From assembly GCA_965202585.1 (NCBI GenBank), contig OZ241826.1, positions 88,970,001 through 89,034,000 of the forward strand: a DNA stretch of 64,000 nt, in the 5' to 3' direction. The translations under genes were made by a program, and so were the position numbers. A model generated the notes under the pieces. That model was not told the origin of the DNA and did not search any database. It saw only the letters and a list, made by a program, of their open reading frames with translations. Positions 39,912-52,370 of the stretch are shown in pieces (positions within the stretch are counted from its first letter, which is position 1; every line of letters begins with the position of its first letter). This stretch comes from Thalia democratica (taxonomy: Eukaryota).

Positions 39912-42900
39912 GTGAGTTTTGTTGAAAGTTTCTTAAAACTTCAGAACAGGTTTGTGAATACTATTTAGCTACTGTTTAGAACAAGTTAAGCTTGTTAATA
40001 TAAATACGAACTAGAAATTAATAATATAGATTCAAATTAAGAGCCTTGTGACTTTTAGATACGTTTTTATAAAATCTTACTGAAATTTTTCAAATTTCAA
40101 CTAAAGATTTGTATCCCTATTACTAGTGAAGGATAAACTTTCATAATGCTTGTTAAAATGTTTTCTTTAGATTATTCAAAATATAATTATTGTCTAGCAT
40201 TGATCAACGTAAATAATGTATTTTGCTCACTTTAGTTTTGAAATATACAAAATAATTTTTTATTTATTTGTTTAGAAAAATGGATAGATAAACTTAAAAG
40301 TAAATAGCTATAAAAAACAAATATTACTATATTAAATTACAACTTTGTTTCTTCATTCCATTTATCTTTAAAATTAACAATAAAACAAAACGTTTTTGAC
40401 ATTTTTATATTAAATTTGTTAAACTTAATGAAAACTATTAAGTAACCACTTAAATTTTTACATAATTATTGCTACTTCAATTGTTAATTAACAACTGTTT
40501 TTTGATTTTATCTTTAGATCATAAACAAAAATAGGACGACCTAAGTTTTATGCACACCAGTAAGTTATAAATACTGCAATTCTTTAAAACATTCTTTATT
40601 AAACTTTGTGTGATCTCAGCAACTTTGAAAGTTTTACGTGCTTCCAAAAGATTTTATTCTTAAACTTAAATTTGTTTAAACTATTCATAATACTAAAAAA
40701 ATTTAATTTGTATTTTGTACATTATGAAGCCAGTAAGCGGCTGAAAGTGCAAAGTTTTCGTTTATTCTGACTGGCTTTTTTGCTTCAAAGAGTTACATTT
40801 CTGTAATTAATGTTTATTAATTTATTTTTTGTATACGATATTTTATCATTGCATTAAAAAAATTCCCTATGGTTAATTAAGTTACTAATTCCAAAATAAT
40901 TATGTATGTAAAGCAGTAATCTTTTATATACTTTCATATACTTTCAAGAGTTTCTGAAAAAACTGAATTATGTCTTTGTTTTTATTATTAACATTATTTT
41001 TGAGATGTTTTCATGACGTATAAAACAAAAGAAATAGACTCTTTGTTTAAGTTTTTAAAGAAGTGTTAAATAACTCAATTATTTTTTCAATAAGTTTTGT
41101 TTAATTTTTGTTTAAAATCAGCATGATATAATACTAAACCTTTATTTATTTATAAAATATACTTATTTTCTTGGTGAAACATTTGTTGTATTATCTCTAT
41201 TGTGTTGTTTTATCAACACTAAGTCCACTAATGTATTTTAAATACATTTTTTTCTTACAAAAACAACTTCATATTCAAAGCAATTCCTCACAACTTTAAA
41301 AAGTAAATACTACCTTCGACAGGGTTACCGCACACTCAGGCTAGTTTAAAAGGTTGTCTATCTACAAATTGTAAAGTTTTCCTGTTGTATAATCTCTTTT
41401 AACCTGCTGTTGTTCAAAAGGAAAACTTTATCTAGATAAAGATTGAATGAAGTGAGTACTGTGATGCGTAAAAAAATGCTTCAGTCTTAACATATAAGGT
41501 TTACTTTTAGTTAAAATATAACAATTATGTAATTTTATTTTGATAAGTCCATTATTAAGTAAAATATATGAACGATTAATAGTATGTACCAAACCATCGT
41601 TGAAATATGGTTGTTTTAACAGCTCCGATGACGTAGTTTAAGAACATAAAAGTTTACTTAAAAGCAACTACATTTGAAAAATTATGCTTTAAAATTATGC
41701 TCAGTCTGGTTTGAAATTTGTTTAATCCTTGTTTGAACATGTTTTAGATCTCGTAAAAAGTTCCCAACAACTGATGTTAGTATTTTTAAAAAACTCATAC
41801 TTAAGTTGTATACGAGTTGAGACATAATTGGCTAATTATTTTTTAAATAGTAAACTATTCTTCAACTACTATATCGTTTTTAAATTTCACAATGTTTATT
41901 TCAAAAGTAGGTTATTTTATTTATTCTTTGTTCTATATTATTTTAAGAAAACATTTTGAAAGCTTTTTTTTCAAAGCTTTTCTTAAACATAACTTTTAAC
42001 ATATACTTACTAGGGTCATTATTTATTTAGTAAAAAAAAAAATATCACCTAACAATTTTAGTGAATAAATTTTTTTGTTTTTAATTAATGTACACCAGTT
42101 TTTTTCAAGCTTATCTTCACAATTACCCTCATTCAGGGACCGGTAGACAAACCCAAGAATATCTAGTGTAATGTAGTTGTTCCTTCCTACTAGTTATCAG
42201 CTACCTATCGACTACCTAAACTTTTACTATTTCCTCCGCTTTTGCCCACTTATTAATAATTGCTAATCGACTTAATAGAATCGAAAATATAACAAAATTT
42301 TAATTTGTTTTATTTATAAGTTCAATATGAAGTAAAATATTTAAGAGATGAATATCAGCATTTTTGCATTTTTTTATCAACACAAGGCCATTGACGTGAA
42401 TATATATATTTTTTAATAACTTAATCTTAAAAGTAGTTGCTTACAACTTTAAGAAGTAAACAATAGTTTTGACAGGGTGACCACACACTCAGTCTAGTTT
42501 CTTACTTGTTTATACTTAAGACTACTTAACATTTTATAGATTTTACAATAGATTTTAATGACTGATACTAGTATTAAAAAACGCTCAGGCTAGTTTGTTT
42601 TAAATTTTAATTAAATAGAAATTCGTTCTACTTACTTTTATTTTGATAGAAAACTTTTGTACTACTACTACTTCATCGTTTTTAAATTTTACAGAGACTA
42701 TTATATTATTACGTAACACTTTTTGCATCGTTCTACATTACTACATCAAAGTTCATCAAGGCCATTTTTAAACAAAAGTTTTGAGACATGTTTACAAAAG
42801 TAGTAACACAGGTATTAAAAACACTTTTTTACAAAAAAATAAATTTCTGTGCATGAATAAACTATTAGAATGTTAGTGTACACCAGGTTTTCCCAAGTTC

Positions 42901-43035
42901 ATTTCCGTAATCGCCCTTCCCCGATTCAGGGTTCGGCAAGAAAACCAGAACATCTAGTATAAGTTAGTTTGCTGCCATCTAGTTATCAGCTCCTGTTAGT
43001 TATACTTATTTATTACTAATTGTGTTTCTATGATA

Positions 43036-43440
43036 GCGGAGATGCCTGACAAACGTGGAGGTTACTGTGTTTTTAGGAAAACTTCTACACAATTGGAGGC
43101 ATTAATCGTGTTTTTCTAAACTTTTGCATTCAGTTCAACCCACAAGGTTGCAGGTGCAGTGAAGTTTCAAGCATGAAAGAAGCAAGATATCTAGCAGCAC
43201 GTGCAGTTTTTGAAAATAGAATTGCAGTTTCTAGCGGCATTGGTGCACTCTTCGAGGAATTATGACGTCATTAATAACAATTGGTCACCTATGCTACATA
43301 TGACACACAGAAAAAGTAATCCAATTAGGTTGTGGTCAAAAGCAAGCTGTTTGTAATTGGTAAAATAAATAGTACTTGTGAGGTTTATGACAACGTCAGT
43401 AAGAAGTTTGTTTGTTTTAAAAACGTACCGCCGTTTGTAG
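43036..43440 (+). pseudogene. Kelch-repeat gene relic related to the 49.6 and 59.6 kb genes
   Basis: Frameshifted pieces EVSSMKEARYLAARAVFENRIAVSSG, YDVINNNWSPM and VVVKSKLFVIG...CEVYDNVSKKFV align with EMKTPRVEAACVVFEGNIIVSG, YDVFADKWSSF and VVVRNFLFVF...AEVFDNVSNKFV. Confidence 0.85.
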
Positions 43441-44686
43441 TGTTCACTTCAACTTTAAGGGTTTGATTGAATGTGCAAGAGAAAACCAGATGAAGATTTT
43501 GGCAAGGGGTTACCATTTAAGTATATATGCTAGAACTTTAATATTATCGCCTACATAGTTTTCTCAGAAAGAGTTTACAGAACTTTTAAACTTAAATCTC
43601 AAAATATTTAAATAAAAAACATATTGTAGATTTTTATAATAGGTCAATTAGTTTTTGTAGTTATACGTTTAATGTATTCATAAAATAAACAAGTAATAAT
43701 AAATTTGTAACCGCTTGAAAACTTTAGCTCACATAGTTACTTTTAAAAGTTTAAAAGGTTATATAAGTTAATCAAAATATAACAAGGTTAAAATAAAGTT
43801 TACAAACAGTCTAACTTACGTATTAAATATAATATTAATAAGTATCCAAAATAGGATTATTTTTCAAAAACAGTGTGTAAATGCAAACTAATAAAAGCGG
43901 TAAGTTTCTCAAAATATCTATATTCTTAATTTAGTTAAGCTACAAAATAAGAAAAAGTTCTATATTCTATAAACTTTATAGTCTTTATATAGTGCTGAAA
44001 TTGTTTAAATTTCACTATATAAACTAGTCTATTAAGGTTAACTTTAAAAGATACGTAATGCTTAAATATGTTATATTCATTTATTCAAGTTATTATCGTT
44101 AAATTTAATTAACAATTTCTTAGAAAAGTGTATAACTTAATATTCACCTCATAATGACCAACATACCTCCAAACAGGTGTGGCCATCATACTTTCCCTAG
44201 GTCTGATCCGGCCCACCACCTATAATTTATTTTTTATAATCTACAAAATTATTTTTCTAGTGAAATGTCTCAAAATTAAACAGCCAACTAAGACTTTTAC
44301 AATAAGTCTGGTCTATGAAAAACTTTTTCTGGTGAATTTAGCCCGCCGATTATAAAAGTTGACCAACCTTATCTTTAATTTTAAGACTTATACCAACTAT
44401 TTAAATTGCTGTAGTTAAGTTGTAAACTTGTTTACCTTGTTATTAACCAAAACTTTAAGTATTTTAAACGGAGGAATAGTAATTATGTTATAAACTTCAT
44501 ATTTCAAATCTTTTTCCACTTTTGAAAATAATTTGAAAGTAGTTGTTTTTTAAAGTTAACTAAATGAGTTTTTGAAATTGATAGTGTAATCTTTGTTATT
44601 TTGGTGAAAATCTTTAATGACGTAATAATAAAAATATTTTCGTATAATTCAACAAAATCTAAAGACTCTTCATTTAGTTGTCAAAG

Positions 44687-45091
44687 ATGAAACTACTCGG
44701 CTTATTATCCCAAAAGTTCAGATACACAGAACAGCTTGTAAATTCAGACAAGCGGCCGGCTGGAGTTGGAAAGTCTGAAATTTATTACGGCGAAGGCGCT
44801 TACGTACCGGAAGAGACACAGCACCAATGGCGCCCGAAAGGGTCATGGATAGTCGACACCAGAGAAGAGGCAAAAGTCTTCTACCCTAAGCTCATCGCAA
44901 AGCAAGACGCAGCGTTGAAAGAGCTCAAGTACGGTGTGACAGAAGAAGTAGCGAAGTTTAGAAAGTTCAGACTCCTTGGTCTGTATGCGATTACATTTGG
45001 AACGGCAATTTATGGTCTGGTTCAAATATTGGAACTAAAATGGCCTGAACCAAAACCTTGCAAGCCTTGTTCTATACCAGGAGTTCACTAA
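44687..45091 (+). CDS. 134-aa single-exon protein with one predicted TM helix; unknown family, possibly mitochondrial
   Basis: Clean ORF with GC above the background, hydrophobic LLGLYAITFGTAIYGLVQIL preceded by KFRKFR, AATAAA at 45097-45102, and acceptor TTTAG at 44673-44677 just before the ATG. Confidence 0.75.
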   Translation: MKLLGLLSQKFRYTEQLVNSDKRPAGVGKSEIYYGEGAYVPEETQHQWRPKGSWIVDTREEAKVFYPKLIAKQDAALKELKYGVTEEVAKFRKFRLLGLYAITFGTAIYGLVQILELKWPEPKPCKPCSIPGVH

Positions 45092-45914
45092 AATGCAATA
45101 AAGAGTTTGTGAACAATCTGTTTTATGATTTTTTATTTAAAGTTGTTTACGGCTTATAGTTTTAATATTTTTCTTTTGGCAGGTTTAAAATAAAACGCCT
45201 TTAAAAATTATAGCTGTTTTTTATACTTATAATGTTATATAGAATGTTTTCTTTTTCTATAGCTTAACTTTAGACTATGATTATACTAACTATTTATGTT
45301 TAAATGGTGGTTTCTGTATTCTAGTAATGCTAAAGTATAAATTAAAAACAGGCAGGTAATGGTTAAAGAAACATTTGTTTTGTGCCAGTCTTAATATAAA
45401 AACAAAAACAAATTTATATCTTAGTTAGTATTGTATGGATGCAAACTAAACTTGAGTTAAACCTACATAGTTGTATATAAAAATTAAGTTTTTGTTCAAA
45501 AGTCTATGTTTATAAAGAAGTGCAGTAGTTGTAAAATCACATTATATTAAAAGTACATATTTGGTTATTTAAAAAATTAACAATTTTCAACAGTATTTCT
45601 CACTTAAAAGAAGATTAACGATTTTAAAAACAACGAAAATGTTAATGAGATAAACTAAAAAAATTTTGGTTAAAGCATTTAAATAAGTGGTCTTTATTTT
45701 AAATGAAACTTGATTACATAATCTAATAAGAGTGAATTGCAAACTACAGTTGCTTACATAAAAATTTATCTAAAAAGTTTACTTAAGTACTTAAGACAAT
45801 TAAAAGCAATGAAGCAATCATTTATCTAATAACTATCAAGAAGGTTAAAGTTACAATTTTTTAAGGTGCTTTTAAATTATTTTTTATCTACCAAACAATC
45901 AGAAAAATGTAGAA

Positions 45915-46288
45915 CAGGGTTTCCCAAACTTTTTTGCTAATGGCCCCCTTTAAAGAGTTTGAAAAAGTAATGGCCTCCTTCAACATATAGATTACTCATA
46001 AACTACGATAAAATACACATAAGACCTTTCTTTTGCTCTTCATCTGAAACTCGAGAATATCTAGTGTAAGTTTCTAAACTGCCATAAAATACACATGAGA
46101 CCTTTTTTTTTTTGCTCTTCATCTGCAACTCAAGAATATCTAGTGTAAGTTTCAAGTTATGGCCTCATGGCCCCCCTGTGGCTCCTTTACTGCTCGTGGC
46201 TCCCCCTCTTCCCCCTTTGCTGCTCATGGCCCCCTGAGTATCTGTCATGGCCCCTAGGGGGCCACTTGGCCCACTTTGGGAAACCCTG
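45915..46288. mobile_element. hAT-type MITE, 374 bp
   Basis: 14-bp TIR CAGGGTTTCCCAAA and a perfect 8-bp TSD ATGTAGAA (45907-45914 and 46289-46296). Absent from duplicate copy B. Confidence 0.95.
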
Positions 46289-47728
46289 ATGTAGAACAAA
46301 GAAGTTATTATGAAAGTATAACGATTAAGTGAAAATTAAAAATCTCATGATTCAAGTTCTAAAGTAAAATCTTAAAGTACCACATTTTAAATTTTTTAAA
46401 TTGTAAATTTAAATTTAAAAAAAAGTTCTTTTTAAGGTCTATTATCATGATTAAAATTAAAATAAAACAACTTTTAATAATTTAAAATCTCATAATTTGA
46501 ATTTTATGAATTTCAATGATTATGCACCCAAATAAAACTATTAAACTAAAAAAACACATTTAGACCTTTTTTTGGACATAATAAGTTGTTTTTATTACAA
46601 GTAAATATAGTTTATTTTTATACCAAAATTAATCATTACAAAAAAATTAAATTAAGTTGAAATGATCAAATAAGGTATTTAAAAGTAAAATTGAAGTTTA
46701 AACTAAAGATGATGATAGGTTTTAATATTGTTTTAACTTTACTTATGGTTACTTTAGTATTTAGAGACTTTTTGATTATTGATAATGCTTTTGCATTACT
46801 AATTTTTTAAACAAATACAACAACAGTAAACTTATTGGTTTAAAAACTATAAATACCTGCATAAAACTTCGTATGAAAACATCTGCTAAAAAATCAAATA
46901 TCTAGTATTTAACTTTTTTAAAGTCTTAATTAGTGATGCTCTAGACTTAATTTGTCAGAATAAAAGGTTACAATAGAGGCGTTGATAACGTCTTTAAAAA
47001 ACAAATATGATTAACTACCGTTTAAAAAAATAGTATTATACTTTATTAAAAGTATAAAGCTAACAAATGAAAATATGATCCTGTATAAGTTTTAAAAGTA
47101 TATGGTGTTTGAAATATTGAATTAACATCTTCAATAAAACTTAAAAAAATAAGCAGTTATAAATAAACTTATTGTTAATTGAAAGATATGGGATTGGTCA
47201 ACCATATTTCAATTTCAGCTTTTCAACCTCTGTTAGTTTTGATAACCGGCAGGTTTTAAGCTTAGAAACTTTCCAATTTACTTAACTAGTTTTTTTAAAC
47301 ATTTTTCTCGTTATAAAATCTATAAAAGTAGTAATTACCATGTTCAACAAATAATAACTAATACAAGAAGAAATTATAATTTTCTTTTAACTAAACAGGG
47401 TAAAAAAATAAACAACTTTGTTTGATAAAAAAAAGTAACATAAACAAATAAGCATACGTCTAAAAGTAAAACTTAATATATTTGATAATATACAGGGTTG
47501 CCACTCTCTGAGTCAAAAAAAACTGCTCTAAGTCACGTTAAACTGCTCTGAGTCACAACGAGATTTTTATAAATTTTTATAAATCTAAAAGCTTTTAAAA
47601 ATCAATAAAAATTAACTTTATTACCAAAATTGGTTTTAAACTAGTGTAACTGTGAGTTATTTTATTATCCAGACCAATCATTGGACCTAAAGGCAAAGAT
47701 CCGATATCAGAATATATCAAAAAAAAGC

Positions 47729-48085
47729 ATGGTAGTCTAACAGTTTAACTGCATCTGTGAAGATAGTTATATCCGTATGACTTCAAAGCAACTTAGTAAA
47801 AGGATAAAAGAACATATTTTAAAGATTATTGATGAAGGTTTTAAATTGAGTAATAATGAACATAGATCTAAAATAGTAGTAAATGCTACCAAAAGTTTGC
47901 TATTACAGAATACCTAGTTAATGGCTCTGATTGTGCGAGTAATTATAAGTTGAAAAGATTTAAAATAGTTAGAAAAAAAAAATATTTATGATTTTATTAA
48001 ACTTGAGGCTATATGCATTTTGTTAAGAAAACCTAAGTTGTGTAAAAATAAAGAAATTGATTATACTGTTTCTTTGTTTTCATAA
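47729..48085 (+). mobile_element. Penelope-like element relic (GIY-YIG endonuclease C-terminus), copy A
   Basis: MVV*QFNCICEDSYIRMTSKQLSKRIKEH ... IKLEAICILLRKPKLCKNKEIDYTVSLFS*, with stops and frameshifts. Confidence 0.85.
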
Positions 48086-48801
48086 TTAGTTTTATAAGTT
48101 GTTACGTATGTTTTATTTATTTTTTAGTTGTATTGTAATAAAAAGTACTTATGTATTTTTAATTACTATTTGCTCAGCTATTATTACTTTTACGTTGATT
48201 ACTTTTTGACTATTTAAACTGGATTTGAACTTTGTTTCTTTTCTTAGTAAACAACTACGGAGTTAAGCACAAAACATATAATGTTATTTAATTTGAGTCT
48301 TGTGTATTTTTGAAATAAATTAATCTATCTTCTTTTAGTATGATAAGTTTTTAATCTGTATTGCATAAAGAAGAGTTTGACACCGAACTTTGAAAATACA
48401 TCTTAACACAATAACAATATAAACTTAGTATAGTTTTAAATAATTTATAGTTACATTAAAGTAAAAATTAATATTTTTTATTTATACTGTTTTTTATAAT
48501 TATAAAAACAAATACATCATTCCTTTATAAATTTATATCATTTAATATATGTAAGACTATTTAAATTATCTTTTAAGTAAGAAAAATTAAAACTATTTTA
48601 CTGAATTTTAATTTTTTAAGATTGTTAAACTTTACTTTGTGAATTTAGTTTAAAATGAAATTTTAAACAGCCATAAATACTAGTAGTTTTCCTTAAAACC
48701 CTAAATCATTGAAAATTAAATTATGTTTAAGATAACCGTTATTAAAATATTGTTCAGTGTATACAAAGTTTTAGTATAGATAAAAGTAACACCGTCCAGT
48801 T

Positions 48802-48883
48802 ATGAAGAAGTTTGATATTGAGTCAAGGGATAAAGCACAAAAGTTTTTCGAAGAAAATTTAAAAAAGAATTTCAACAAAAAAG
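48802..48883 (+). CDS. BACK-Kelch gene A, exon 1 (MKKFDIESRDKAQKFFEENLKKNFNKK)
   Basis: ATG, 27 codons + 1 nt, donor AAG|GTTTGA. Phase 1 fits the acceptor at 49644. Same length and phase in copy B. Confidence 0.75.
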
Positions 48884-49644
48884 GTTTGAATTATAAACTT
48901 GGTACATTAAAATGTTTGTAAATGCTAAATATGATTAATAATAATAATGATTTTTGTGCTTTTTGTTTAGTAATTTTTAATATAAACTAAGTAATTTGTA
49001 AGCATATATATATATTTATATTTAGTAGTCTACAAAAACTTCATATATAACATGAAAATAAAAAATTATGTTCGTTTTAGTGAATAAAACATCACTAATT
49101 TATTTATAGGATTTTGTTTTATCGTAAACCTATTTTTTATAACCAGATATCTGAAAGTAATTTTTCCTATTTAACTGTGCTACTTACAGTTTAACTAAGA
49201 TTTATTTTTAACCTTCTATAAAGGGTTGTACATTAAACAAGTCTTAAGCAGGGCTTCTCAAACTTATTTTCATTACTGGACATTTCCAAAACATTTGATA
49301 GAAATCTACTTATTTTTACTAGCCCTAGAATATCTGTGTAAGTTCTAAATATTCATTAAACTATACTTCAAATGCCTTTATTTTTACTCTTTAAAACAAA
49401 CTCTCTATGTTTAGCCTAAACTTTTTAGTTGTAGATGCCATGTTAGTTATTGCCCGGTGGGTTTATATACTCCTATTTTCTGCAAGTTTCATTACCTACT
49501 CTAGAAAATGTAATGTAATTATTTATAGCCCTCATACTAGTTATCTACCTCGACCTGTTAAAATGGCAACAGGCACTGCATCATTTTCGCACGAGTGTAT
49601 GCTTTAGCACCTTATACGTTTTAGATAAACTTTATATTTTTCAG

Positions 49645-51023
49645 ATAAAAATGAGATAAAGAAAAACGAATTGATTTTAGCTTTGAAACTGGGTAAGTTT
49701 TTGCTAGATAAAGATAAAAGTACGAAGACAAGCGAGTACTTCGAGACAATAACTTTGAAAAATGTTACCACGTTTTACAGATTAGCTAACTTATATCAAC
49801 TGTACAAAGTTGCTGAGCAAACTCTGGCTTATATTGAACGTTGTTTCCAAATGGTAGCTGATACTGAAAACTTTTTACACTTAAACTTTAGTCTTGTTGC
49901 AAAAATACTTGCAAGCTCTGAGTTGAACCTTCACTCTGAAGTTGAAGTCTTTAATGCAGCAAACAGTTGGTTGAAACACAACAGTGAAAAACGTAGCAAA
50001 CACGCAACAAAACTGCTATCAAAAGTTCGGCTTACCTTGCTTTCAGATGATGCAGTGAGACATCTTTTGGATACAAATTCATCATTTCAAGAAAACATTG
50101 ATCGTGCTAGAATATTGAATGCAGCTTTAGTTAACGATAAAACCATTTCAAGTAGATATTGCAACCAAAATAAGTTTAATATAATGTTATGTGGTGGCTT
50201 TGATGGAAAAAATGATTGCAATGTTAGAAATGCATATCAAATCAATGGGAGCAACTTTAATAACGTGAAAGTTCTGCCTAAAATGACATGTGAAAGAGTG
50301 TTTTCAAAAGTTATTTGTTTGAAAGGAGAGGTTTATATACTCGGTGGTTATGATGAAAACAATCAATATATAAGAAGTATTGATAAATATTCACATTCTA
50401 CTAACAAATGGACCAAGGTAGATGATATGTTTGATGACCGTTGTAACTTTTGTGCTTGTGCATTTATGAATAAAATATTTATATTTGGAGGTTTTTTTAA
50501 AGTAAATGATGGCGGAATAAACACTAGCACTTGTTTACAATTAGATGTCAGTGACAAAAGCTGGAATAAAACTGAAATGAAAACACCAAGAGTAGAAGCA
50601 GCTTGTGTGGTTTTTGAAGGCAACATAATAGTCTCTGGTGACAACGTTGATGTAAATGATAAAACAAACACAGTAGAGTCATATGATGTTTTTGCTGACA
50701 AATGGTCATCATTTCCTAGTATGATGCATGGTAAAGACGGTCATAGTTTGGTTGTTGTTAGAAATTTCTTATTTGTTTTCGATACCTATCCTGGTATAGC
50801 TGAGGTTTTTGACAATGTTAGTAATAAATTTGTTGCTCTTAAAAAAGTACATTCTTTCGCTGATCTTGAAGCTGTATCGATAGGTAGTAAGATCATAATC
50901 ATTCAAAATGAGAAAAAGCGGATTGTTTGTTATGATGTTGATAAAGAGGAATGGTCTGACAAACCGTTTGGAACTACAGAACATCTAACAGGTTTCGCTT
51001 GTGCAAAAGTACCTTGGTTCTAA
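49645..51023 (+). CDS. BACK-Kelch gene A, exon 2; total about 486 aa, BTB truncated
   Basis: Acceptor TTTTTCAG. BACK motif (YIERCF...FLHLNFSLVAKILASSELNLHSEVEVFNAANSWLKHN...LLSKVRLTLL) followed by kelch repeats (YILGG, FIFGG, DKYSHSTNKW, ESYDVFADKW). Stop TAA. Confidence 0.92.
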
Positions 51024-52053
51024 ATATTTTTTAGTTATAACAGTTTAAACTAGGGTTTCTCTAGCTTATTTTCATGGTCAATCCCTTTGCAAAAATTAAA
51101 AACAAAAAAGTTCGTTCAAGCGAAGTTTATTATAAATTATGTTGTCTTACTTTTCTTTTGGTTAATTTTCTTATCAAGTTAAACATTTTTGTTGTTTAAA
51201 TAAACTTAAAGCTCAAAAAATATCTCTTTATATTACCTTTAATTTGGTTACTTAATATTATTTTAACATATACAGTATTAATTTACTATTAAACTGCTTT
51301 AGAGACGCTCTTTAGTTGAATTACTATATAGAAAATAATTATACTTTTTAAAATCAATATATCTTACATAAATAAATTATAAATTTATCTTTGTTTGTAT
51401 AAGTTTTTAAAACAAATAAGTATATTGTACAACCTATAAATAATAAAACTGACTCAATGGTATATCAAAAAACCACAACTTGTTTATATTAATTATTTTG
51501 ACTAGCATCGTAGGTCGTTGATTATTAGAATAAGTTTGTGCAACAGTCGGCAACCTGATATTTTCGGCCAAAAGACATGCGTTGCTTGCGTAAGTTTTCT
51601 TTTAATTTCTTATTAAAAATATTGTGCAAACCAAAAAATATTTATCTTTTTTAATTAAAAAAATTAATAAAATCTTACTCTATGTACATGTAAGTGATTT
51701 CTAGCTATTGACTTTTGAAGTTTTGCTGTTAACCAGTGTTTTATAATTTTATACTGTAAAATAAACAAACCATTATTAATATTAACAAAGTTTTTACTAT
51801 ACTTAGCTGCTATAATAAATATTTTAAAACCTTTTATGTTTACGCTTTAAAAGTTATAGTAAGATTTTATAAATATACAAGGTTTGATCATATATTTTCA
51901 AATATCGGGCTCAAGAAACACCTTTATAAATTTAGTTCGTTAACTAGTAAGTTACTTAAAAAAGTGTATTTGTTTCAGTAAATAAAACAATAGTATTATT
52001 TTTTTAAAGTGTTGTATAAACAGTAACCTTAAATTTAAGGAGAGTATGCTTAA

Positions 52054-52260
52054 AGATCAGTGTGATCTAAAGAAAGCTGAATCAGCATTTTTTTGATTTT
52101 TTTTTATTAAGTATAATTTTTTATTTATCCTTTTCTCTGACCCACCTTACTCAAAAATTTTAGATATTAATCAAAAAGTTTAAACAATCAAAATTAAAAC
52201 CAACATGAAAAAAAGCTTTTTTTTGTTGCTGAACCACCTTTTTAAATCTTATAATGACCT
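52054..52260. mobile_element. TTAA-flanked MITE (Kolobok-like RR termini), copy A
   Basis: TTAA|AGATCAGTGTG ... ATGACCT|TTAA. Related copies at 54362-54580 and 62085-62290. Confidence 0.6.
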
Positions 52261-52370
52261 TTAAGTATACTAGCCGCATTTAAATTTAAACATTTAAATA
52301 AAATTTATGTTTAACTAAAACATCTGAACTAAACAGTTTAACTTCAGCTAAAGAACTTATAATTTAAGAT

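Noticed and set aside
49693-49780. GTAAGT at 49693 as a donor of an extra intron in kelch A
   Set aside because: The frame is open through it in both copies, the segment encodes the 3-box-like TITLKNVTTFY, and the 88-nt candidate intron would break the frame. It remains possible as a minor isoform.
47493-51557. CAGGGTTGCCA ... GGCAACCTG as the ends of a hAT element that captured the kelch gene
   Set aside because: The TIR match is imperfect and the flanks (ATAATATA versus ATATTTTC) give no 8-bp TSD.
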